Source: Tricharina praecox (lineage: Eukaryota). From it: a DNA stretch of 64,000 bases. The DNA lies in assembly GCF_024521635.1 (NCBI RefSeq), contig NW_026250426.1, positions 124,001 to 188,000 of the forward strand, in the 5' to 3' direction. The notes beneath the pieces are model-generated. The model was not told the DNA's origin, searched no databases, and saw only the letters and a program-made list of their open reading frames with translations. This document shows positions 54,534 to 64,000 of this stretch, piece after piece (positions within the stretch are counted from its first letter, which is position 1; each line of letters opens with the position of its first letter). Made by a program: the position numbers and the translations under genes.

Positions 54534-55561
54534 CTAAGCTATCAGCTCAGCCACATCCCCGAACCGGTACTGTGCCCAACTCAACGACAATTCGGTGAGC
54601 GTAAACAGCTGCTTTCCCTTATCCTCACCCGCAGCCCCGGCGGCGATGTGCACCGGCAATAGATGCTCAAACGTTGGGTGTGCTTGTCTCGCGCTCTTGT
54701 GCCACAGCAGCTCCTTGAGAGCCTTCTTCCTCTCCTCGTCTGTGGACGGTTCAACAACCGCCTTTTTGAGCTCCTTGTCGAAGACTTTGGCGTACGGAAG
54801 CTCCTCGCCAGACATCATGGCGAAGCCTATATCACTGTTTCGTGTGAGTGACGAGGTTCGCAGGAGACGGGGAAGGGGAAGGAGTTACCGAAGGTTGTGC
54901 ACAGCCATTCCGGAGCCGATGATCAGGATATTCTCGTCGCGCAGACTTTGTAGTGCCGCGCCGAGGGCGTAATGTTTATCCGGGTCCTCGTTTTGGAAGA
55001 GACTCACCTGGACGAGTGGGACGCCCAGAGGATTCTCATCGGGACCGAACACTATCCACCATCAGCGCTGCAAATTCTCTCCAGTCGGAATGATACGCAC
55101 TGCAGGTAAACGGCGCAAACACGCCATGGTCCAGCCCCCTCTTAACTCCCTCCGCCTCAATCCCCGCATCCTTCAGCAGCCCAATGACCTTGTGCGCGAG
55201 GTCCCGCGAGCCCACGTTGGGGTACTGGACTTTGTAGTAGTGGTCGGGGAATCCGTAATAGCTATCAAGCGCGCCCATCAGCCTCTATTCCCACCCATCT
55301 CTCATCCCCCACAAGAAGCAGTGCCACATACTCGTAAATTAACTTTGTAACCTCCGCTTCATTGACTTCGACCTTGTTACGACCGGCCTGCCAATGCGCA
55401 GAGAACACGACCACCGCCTTCGGCTTCACCTTCTGCGTAATCTCCCGCCCGATCTTCTGCAGCTGTTTGAACGCCGGATGCTCCGTCTCGAACATTACGT
55501 TCGGGCCGCCATGGGAGACGAAGTACACCGGCGTGCGGTTGGTGGCGGGAGAAGTGGACAT
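54534..55561 (-). CDS. Extradiol ring-cleavage dioxygenase, class III (LigB / DOPA 4,5-dioxygenase-like), multi-exon
   Basis: PVYFVSHGGP, PKAVVVFSAHW, YYGFPDHYY, RGLDHGVF, LIIGSGMAVHN and AHPTFEHLLPVHIAAGAA motifs. First ATG is at 55561; see the finding on an upstream extension. Confidence 0.93.
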
Positions 55562-56491
55562 TGCTGCGTCGGTGGAGATGGCGGCGACGGCGGCGACGGT
55601 GGTGGTGGTGGTGGTAGTGGTGGTGATGGCGGTACTAGGACGGAAGAGAGTGGAGAGGCGTTTTAACACGCCGCTGGATGAAGAGGGGGAAAACACGATT
55701 GCAATCGAGACGAGAGCTATGAGGAGAGCTGCGAGGACTGTCCGTGTGCTACCAGTAGTGGGGGCTGCGGCGGCGGTGGGGGCGGCGGTGGTTTGGGGGC
55801 GTTGGGAAGCAATCTTGGCTATCTGTATCTGACGGTTTCGTATATATCCGAAGATGGGGATTTAGAGTAGCTATGGATGTAGACGCGAAGTCGGTTTTAT
55901 ATATGGATATCGCCATGCTGTCGGTGCTGATGAGGTGAGGCTCGTTGTGGGTACATAAGCTGAAGGAATGGCAGTTTGTCATCGCTTAGGAATTGGCAAT
56001 GCGCATTTTCCCAACGCAGGTTCATTCGGTAAGGCCCTAGTAAGAAATTGGACAAGTATCCGAAAGTCCGAGACATCGCTGCTTCGGAACTCCGTCCTCG
56101 GACATCTGCCTCACAAGGCAGCGGAAACTAGCTGTCTCGGATACATGTACTACTCTACGCGTGCTCACTCTTTCCTCGGAATCCCATGAATATGCTTGAA
56201 GAAACAAAATGAAATTTTGATCAGATGTACACACCACCGCATGCCGTCGCCGGTGTCCATCTCTCTGTATTTAAGCTATGTTTACACTTTACAGAACGTC
56301 TATCATATGTTGTTGCACCCCGTTACGCCAGCCATAAGAAGGACAGGGAAGAGAATAGGGAGAGCTGAGAGAGAATACAGAGTAAAAACAGAACCATCGC
56401 ACCAACTTGTAGAAAGATAGGGAGAAGAGAATCGGAGGGGGAATCAACTAATCTTAGCCTAAAGAATACACACACACAATGAAGCGCCTCA

Positions 56492-58201
56492 TCAATCGGT
56501 ACGCCTTTTACTCGGAGGCGCAGTCTGCAACGGCGGCCAGTCGTGTCCTGTCATGACCGTATTGACATTGACCGGGGGAACAACTCCAGCCGCAAGCTTA
56601 GGGCTTCCTTTCGTCGGCTTGACGGCGGAGAGCCAGCCTTTCTTCCCACTTGCGCCGTTCTCGCCCCACATGGATAGGCGCTGTGTTCGTCGGAGCTTGT
56701 GCAATCCATACACGCAGATGATGGCCGAGAAGACAATGGCCCAACCGGACACTCCGGCGAAGGCAAAATCGGATTCTTCCAGGAAGTTTTTCAGATTCAT
56801 GCCGTACAGACCGGCGACAAATGTGCCGGCACCGATACCGAGCGTGCCGATGGAGAATTTGAGGTCGAGCAGCATCAGCGAGTTGCGGTTCGCGTCGAGA
56901 ATGATGTTGACACTGGCGAGATCAGCCCCACTACAATAGCCACCAAGAGGGAATGAGGGACCAACATTTCTTCGGTACTGCGTATGCTAGACACCAGATT
57001 GCTCGAAATCTGCACAATCTCGTCACAGATCTTGTGGTAAGATTCCAGCAGCATCTCCACCTCCGTATGCTCCTCCATCGGCCGCTCTTTTCCTTGAAGC
57101 TTCTCGGTCAAGTACATATCCGCCAGATCATCGTCGGCATCCAGAATCTCCTCAATCGCATTGCGGATCAGCTTCGCCTTCTGCTCGAACGTCGACAGCT
57201 TCTTGGAGTAGATCAAGAGCTGTCTCAACTGATCCCGATCGATATCCTCCTCGAGTTCCCCGAGCAACTGTACGACGAGTTCTTGCAGCACACGCATCTC
57301 CGCCTCTAGCGCCGCCGTAACAGAGATTAGGATCGCTTCGAGCGCGCGCATCTCGTACGGCAGTCCGCCCATCGCCTTTGAGCCTTGCCGCAGCTTGCCC
57401 TCAAGGTCGTACATGAAAACAGACTGGGTATAAGAATCGTTGGAGCCGTAGATGTCGAAGAGGAGAACAGTATCTGCTTTTATGAGGGCGCGGATATGGA
57501 GGAGGTTTACGAGGATCGAGTTCTTGCGAACGAGGATGTGTGGGACTATGGTACTGGGCACCCAGATCTTTCGGAGGTCTCGCGGTAGTAGACCATGCTA
57601 TGGCACCGTGACGACCAGGCTTGCTATTAGTTTTCGATCGAAGGATCTCTTCACTATCGCCACCCAGGGGATTACGAAAACCAACCTTTGTGCACAATTC
57701 GGTTTTCTTGAACTCTCCCGAAACAACCGTAACATTACCTACCCGCACGCAAAAACCACCCAGACGTCAGATCCAATCTCTTGCTGTCTCGCATAAACAA
57801 TTGCGCGCGCTGAATTGAGTGATGGCGTGCGCACCTTCACGGTCGAACTCCGTGCACCTAAGATAATCATCGTTGCTCTTCTGCCTCAGACTTCTGCCGA
57901 GAATCGCATCCTCCGGCGTGGCATCCAGATACCTCGATGACGTCGTTTCGTCCCTCCGCGGCGCATCTTTCCTCGTCTTCTTGAACAGTATCTCCATGAA
58001 TCCCGGCCCACTCGCATATCTACGCCATTCCCCCAAGACTACCGGTCGTGGCCGGAAGTGCGTGTGGGTGGTGACATTTCGCGTGGCGGTGGTGGGGGTG
58101 CTGTAGAATCGAAGGCAACGTTCCGACGGACCGACAGCATGGCGGAGCAGGGTCGAGGACGTAAGGCGACAAGAAGCGGGGGGCGCAAAACAGGTGCGCA
58201 T
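56492..58201 (-). CDS. MRS2: Mitochondrial Mg2+ channel, CorA/Mrs2/Lpe10 family, multi-exon
   Basis: LRCTEFD..GNV, HGLLPRDLRK, LPYEMRALEAIL, EVEMLLESY, IILDANRNSLM and the GMN signature LYGMNL followed by a second TM helix; mitochondrial presequence. Confidence 0.92.
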
Positions 58202-58890
58202 GTGGAGGAGGAGGAGGCGGAGAAGGAGGGGGTGAGGAGGCGGGTGAATGGGCGTTGCGCTGAGGAGTCGTTGCGGCGTGTTTGTCGAGGTTGAATTAAA
58301 GTGAATATAAAACCGGTTCCAAAAATTGAGATGCCGCCGGCTCCCTGGCGCTTATCACGTGGACAGGGTAGCGCCCCAAAGTTGGTGGGGTGATCACGAG
58401 CGAGGGGAGATGCATTACTGTGGACGATCGAAGATTGAAGGTTTGAAGTATTCGACTGGCAGTAGGTAGCTGACTCCGCGCTGTGGTCTCTCAATTCTCG
58501 CTTGATTTTCTCATGAGATGAATATATTCGATGCTGCCACGCGAGTTTCACCGTCGTCTCTGATGCAAGATCTGTAACACAAAGACAACCGACATTCCAC
58601 GAGAGTCCAGCAATGCTGAAAAACGTCTTTATTTAAGCCTGCCCTGCCTCGGGTTATCTATTGTCCCCCTTTTCACCCTGGGCCCAATTGACTGAACCTC
58701 TCCATTGCACTCATCTGCATACATCTCCGTAACGCCTCCGTCTCGAGGTAAATGCATCACCTCTCCCGAGTCCCTCCTTGTACGAGTGTCAACATCTCCA
58801 CCTCGAGACCATTTAACATCCCTTCTCCCACTTGTCCCGCAGTGGATAGTCTTCAGCCTGCCGGCCTCGCTACGTGTACATACCTCGGCA

Positions 58891-59217
58891 ATGAACCTCA
58901 CGGCCACAACTTCACTCCTCCTCCTCACCTCAAGCTCCACAGTTGCCCTGCCTGGAGTCCTCACACTACCTGCAGAATGGGGACTCGGCCACTACGGCGG
59001 CACTGTCAGCTCGATGTCAGCAGCATGGCTACAAGCAATCGCTATTACACCTGCGGAGTTCGCCATCACGCCCCCTGCTGTCGCACGCTCGAGTCAACCT
59101 ACAACGTCGACCTCCACAATCACTACTACGATAGTAGTAACCGTTCCGGGCGTGGAGACGGTGACTGTAACTGAGTGGGAGCAGGTGGAAGAGGCGACTG
59201 GAATTCCGCGGGCATAA
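58891..59217 (+). CDS. Possible small secreted Thr-rich protein (108 aa)
   Basis: ATG followed by signal-like MNLTATTSLLLLTSSSTVA|LP and a TITTTIVVTVPGVETVTVT segment. No recognisable domain. Confidence 0.4.
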   Translation: MNLTATTSLLLLTSSSTVALPGVLTLPAEWGLGHYGGTVSSMSAAWLQAIAITPAEFAITPPAVARSSQPTTSTSTITTTIVVTVPGVETVTVTEWEQVEEATGIPRA

Positions 59218-59782
59218 AGTGTGAAGAGTGAGGATGAAGCGTGGAGATGAGGTGGATTGTGGTCTTTGGTATGGCCTAATGCCGGCTCGGTGGTTGAAGA
59301 TTCAATGAAGAAACCTGTGAATTGCAATTACTCTGTACTGTTTAATACTTTTAATGGAGCTGATGGATGGGCCACAATCGCTGTTGATCATGCGATATCA
59401 CTCGCCAGATGTCGGAAACTGTTCATTCGACGAGCTGTAGGAAGTGTTCGCCGTGACAGGTAAGCAAGCATCCCAGTCCCAGTATCTAGCAGCTTTTACA
59501 ACGCCTTTCGCAAAGGCCGACTCCCTGAGAATCCCAAAGATGGCTTACCAGCATCATGGTGTGTGTGGGGGTGCCCCACATCGGTTGTTAGGTACATATA
59601 CACGCACCAATGGCCGGCTGCAAGCATCGGTTTATGTGGGGCAACCCAACTCCAACGTTAGCGATTCTCCGTGTTTTCATAAAGCTACTGGAATCGAGAT
59701 AGCAAGTACCCACTTTCTTGATCAGCACTTCTCCTTCGCTATCTCAATCATTACCTTCAAAAACAACCGTTACACTCACACA

Positions 59783-60376
59783 ATGGCGTCCGACGAAACC
59801 ACCACCACCATGCCCCCCAACACCCTCCGCAACCCCGTCACGCACATAACGACGCACACCTCCTCTGGCGTGTCGACACTGGGCTCCAGCAACGCTTCGG
59901 TGTGGACGACTCCGATCGGGCCGGAAGGGCGCTTCTCTTTGCTATACACGACGCCATTGCCGATCAGCAATCCGGCGACCTCGGCACTCGCACCGGCCTC
60001 GGCGGACTCGGGTACGCTCGTGAACGCGGGAGGCGCGCTTTTGCGCTACGTCGACTTCGTGCCGGGCTACGAGTGCGGCATGCACCGGACGAACTCGGTG
60101 GACTTTGGGATCCTGGTCGAGGGCGAGCTCACGGCCATCATGGATGATGGCTCCGAGGCGAAGTTGGCGAGGGGTGATGTAATTGTCCAGAGAGGCACTA
60201 TGCATGCTTGGAGGAACGACGGCGTGGGTTGGGCGAGGATCGCGTTTGTTCTACTGGCCTCCGACCCGGTAGAGGTCGGCGGAGAGGTGCTCGAGCCGAG
60301 GTTTTTGAATGATCAGGAACTTAGGGAGCTTAAGGAGGGGTGGGCGAAGAAGAGGGCGGAGAGGGAGGCGGTTTAG
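59783..60376 (+). CDS. Cupin-domain protein (cupin_2 type), intronless
   Basis: RYVDFVPG...MHRTNSVDFGILVEGE...LARGDVIVQRGTMHAWRN...ARIAFVLL. Confidence 0.92.
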   Translation: MASDETTTTMPPNTLRNPVTHITTHTSSGVSTLGSSNASVWTTPIGPEGRFSLLYTTPLPISNPATSALAPASADSGTLVNAGGALLRYVDFVPGYECGMHRTNSVDFGILVEGELTAIMDDGSEAKLARGDVIVQRGTMHAWRNDGVGWARIAFVLLASDPVEVGGEVLEPRFLNDQELRELKEGWAKKRAEREAV

Positions 60377-60899
60377 ATTGTTGTATTTAGGAATTGAAGT
60401 CGATGCCATTGGCTGCGCTGTTGTCTGCTTCCCGTGGCTCGTGTACGTTCATGTCAAGTAGATCCTCATAGTATATCATTCCGTGCACTTTGAAATCGTG
60501 TAGATCTTGGCATTCGTGATATGTGCATTCGGAATTGCCACACTGAGTCAGTGATCTGAACCGTGGGGGGGGGGATCAGAAGAAGTACGCCGTCACAGTA
60601 TCTTTTGATGGATAAGGAGGCGAGATAATTGCAACGAGCTAAACCAGTATTTGTATGATACATAAATCGCCATGATCTGACCAGTCGCATGCAATAGATG
60701 AAGAGAAATAGGAGTATGTACATCCACCACATGAGGACCCAGACGCGAGGGCTAACTACAGGACAACACAGCCATACAAAAAAAACGCAAGGATTTAAAA
60801 ATTCGAAATGCAACACGAACGCCATCTATGCAGTGCTAGCCATTCCTCGTTTCACGAAACTACACTTCAATCCGCCGCATATCTATCTACTCCCTCGCA

Positions 60900-62685
60900 T
60901 CAATACCATCTCCGCCTGTTAACCGGCGTAACAACCGGGGCATTGGGATTTCCCACGGGCACTGTCGCGATAGGCGTAGGCTCGGGCGCGGGCGTGGTCG
61001 CAACGACGGATGTCAAAAACGTCGTCATGGTGACCACGGCAGTGCTCGTTACCACGGTGACGGGTGCGTCCGTGATTGTGGGGACGACTGGTGCTGCGGT
61101 GGTGGGCGCGGGTTCCATGGCGATGTCAGTGGTTAGTGGGGGGACGCCACCGGGGTTGTCGATTGAAGTGGGGCTGGCGGTCGGGATCGCATCCGAAGTG
61201 GATGTCGAGGTCGGGACTACCGCGGCTTCTGTGGTCTCAACCGGTGGCACTGTGGGTGCCTCTGTGGGAATGACAAGTGACTCGGTAGGTACCGCAGGCG
61301 CTCCCGTGGTTTCAACCGGCGGTGCAGCATCCGGTGCCGTGGTGGGGATGGGCGCTTCAGATGTAGTAGTCGGCACTGGCACTGGGGCCGTGGTCGGAAC
61401 CTCGACGGCAGTGGTGCTCGTCTCAGGAGCAGGAGTAGTGGGCTCTGGCGCAGGAGCAGTCGGAGTCGGGGCAGCAGGCGCGGTAGTCTCCGCATCCCCA
61501 CCACCTCCACTTCCACCACCGCCAACAATCCCTTCGAGCTCACTCGCCTCAACACCCATCCTCCTTGCCGCCTCTTCGACGGTAACACAAGCCACGCTCA
61601 CGCCCTCGGCAAGCTCCAGGGGCAGCGCAAAGCAGGTAGTCGGCTTCAGGCACGCGAAGGCGCTCGAATACTTTCCATTATCGCACTTGTAGAAGCTGCC
61701 CTGGATGCAGACGTTTGCCTCCGCGGGGTTTTTGGCGTCGCAGGATGCGTCGGCGGTGATGCTGGCCATCTTGCGGTTTTGTTCCAGCGCGAGCTTTTGG
61801 TTGGATTTGCCGATCGCCGTGGAGCCTTCACCAGGGCTGGGGGTGGTGCTGGTTGAGGGCTCGGCCGTGGCGGTTGACGAGGTCTCGCTGGCAGCAGTAG
61901 ATGTAGGCGTTGCTTCCTCGGTGCTTTTCGATGCTGCTTCCTCGGTGGCCGTGGGTGCTGCTTGTTCAACGGACTTGTTCGTCTCGACCGGGCCCTCATC
62001 CACCGCAGCAGTAGGCGTGAGCTCGGAATCGAACGTTCTCGTGGTCGGAACGGCTTCGCCGCTACTGCTGCCGGTCGGCTCACCCGACACCTCCGTTGCA
62101 CTCGATACCGGCTCATCTGTTGCGCTCGCCGTCGGCTCATCCAGCGTTACAGTAACAGTCGTATCCGCCGGGCTTTCTTCCACTGGAGGTGCAGTAGTCT
62201 CCAACTCAGAGTCGAATGACCGCGTGGTCGGGATAGCACCACCACCACCACCGCCACCGCTACCCTTACTTGTCTCCACCGCAGTCTCGGTCGGCGTCGC
62301 CGTAGGCTCATCCACCGTCACAGTAACCGTTGTCTCCACCTCACCCTCCCCCACCGGCGCGGTCGGCGTAAGCTCGCTGTCGAATGATCTGGTCGTAGGG
62401 ATGCTCTCGCTGCCATCTGTTGGCCCAACAACGACCGTGGGTACCACCGGATCGCTGGTCGGATCTGCGACTTCTACCACCGTTGTCGTGATTGTTTGCT
62501 GGACGGTCGTTGTTACTACATCGCCGTGATCTCCGCCACGCTTATTGATGCCGCGGCTATGGAGAGTCAGTACGTGAGTGTGAAGGGGGAGATATGTGCA
62601 CCTACAAGCCGAGGGGACCAGCGAGAACACTGGAGGTGGTGCCGAGTACAACCACTAGGGAAGTAACGTAGCTGGTGAAACGCAT
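60900..62685 (-). CDS. Secreted Thr/Pro/Glu-rich protein with a central 6-Cys module resembling fungal CBM19-annotated domains; exons 62685-62606 and 62556-60900
   Basis: Signal peptide MRFTSYVTSLVVVLGTTSSVLA and a KR (Kex2-like) site after splicing of GTAGGT...CTGAC...TAG. Domain ALEQNRKMASITADASC...CIQGSFYKCDNGKY...C...CFALPL...SVAC. The family label is from memory. Confidence 0.8.
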
Positions 62686-64000
62686 GATGTCTTTTTTTTG
62701 TGTGTATGTGTAGTTTTATCGAAGTAGAGAAAATGCTATGAGGAATGAACGTAGGTGATTATGAATCCGCTGTTGTCGAAAAAGTCGCAGACTTTAAGCA
62801 AGAAAATACACAGCACAGCTGCTTTAAAAAAAAGGAAAGGAGACAAAGAAAGAAAAGGCAAGAGAAAGGGAATGGTGGCTGTAGCTGATGTGTTGAGTTG
62901 TGATCAAATTGAATGGGGAGTGAGGGATGGTTTGAAGATATACCTCCACTTGGACCCTCCCGCGTCGACTGACGCCAGCCCTACGGGTCTGAAGACTTTG
63001 GACTCCGTCATCTGGCGCTGAGTTCAAATTGAATCGCCGTGTAGATCATGATTGGGTCTGGGCCCCCCTAGCCACGACACCTAGCCACATTGAAACCCCC
63101 CTCGCCAGCGAAAGAACAATACTCTGCACGGACGTTTAGAATTGGTGTTCGGAATAGCAGGGCGGTTGTGCAAACACGGCCAGCAATGTTCTTCAAGGAG
63201 CATGGTGGTTGGTTGGTGTAGTTAAAGTGTTTAGCCGCCCACCCCCCAATCAGAGGCCATGGTCAATTTTAAGCCGCAGTATCAAGATAAAAAAAGCACA
63301 AGCTTGAAACCGCCACTAGCTGAAGTGGGATATTTAATTCGAAACCAGGGGGGGTTGACTTTGAGATCCACCAAGCAGCACTAACTACTGGTGAGCAGCG
63401 GACATGCGACGATAACTATGACGATTCTCTGGGGTCTCCGTACGTAGCGAGCAGATCTGGCCAGAGAAGTCAGGAGTCCGTGATTGACGCAAGCGGGGCA
63501 TTGGCGTTTCGCACTTCCCCCTCTGTCCGTCCGAACGTCTGAAAAATACACATTCCAACCGGTGCCAATCAAACGAAAAAAATCGCAGAGCTTTCAATTT
63601 TAACGAAGCACCAGTCACAAACCCATGGTCGTTCTTGACCGCGTGATTCACATTAGTTAGAGTATCTATCGGACAGTCAGGCCCACCCCAGCCACGATGT
63701 GCGCACTCGGTGTGTGCACATTTGCATCACAAGCTCTCACCAGCCACACCTCCCTCGAAGCTCGGACCTTTTTTTTGTATCTCGCCTACTGAGCCTAATT
63801 CCGGCGGTGAAAACCGGACATCGTATCTACATTCTCACCGGCGTTCGGGGTTCATGCCGATTGGATTGTAGAGGTAGAGATAAATATCCACCGCTTTCAT
63901 GCTGCTCCCAGGCGATACAAACTCTCTCGGTTTCCATTCCGATACAGGTATCTAGAGTACCTACTGTGGATCAACGCGCTCGAGCTCGTCGTTAAACTCT

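Noticed and set aside
51704..60376. SDR, dioxygenase and cupin as a secondary-metabolite or catabolic cluster
   Set aside because: Interleaved with housekeeping genes, and there is no backbone enzyme, cluster transporter or adjacent regulator.
60808..62529. + strand ORFs of 294 and 274 aa rich in Val/Gly/Ser
   Set aside because: Antisense of the Thr/Pro-rich secreted protein, which has the signal peptide, intron and Cys domain.

Overview
Intron-rich DNA from a filamentous ascomycete (Pezizomycotina; a Pezizomycete-like genome is only a guess), in three zones. (1) 1-28 kb is gene-poor and full of microsatellites. It holds only two clear genes, both transcription factors: a Zn2Cys6 protein and the GATA nitrogen regulator areA/nit-2, separated by about 13 kb of non-coding DNA enriched in the motif TAGAGTA. 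(2) 28.6-33.5 kb is a transposon graveyard: a LINE 3' end, a ~500-bp minisatellite, a heavily deleted Ty1/copia relic, and an intact 398-bp hAT-type MITE with an 8-bp target-site duplication. (3) 34.5-63 kb is gene-dense: a PTH11-like receptor, a laccase with four in-frame stops but no frameshift, mitochondrial EF-G, Rec8, Dbf2 kinase, cytosolic TyrRS, an SDR, a mitochondrial pyruvate carrier, complex I subunit NDUFA2, a LigB/DODA-type dioxygenase, Mrs2, a cupin and a secreted Thr/Pro-rich protein. Gene models were spliced by eye and no database search was run. I found no wholly new multi-gene system. The best leads are the stop-interrupted laccase, the MITE, a candidate non-AUG N-terminal extension of the dioxygenase, the long AUG-free areA leader, the TAGAGTA motif and a GC-AG intron in rec8.
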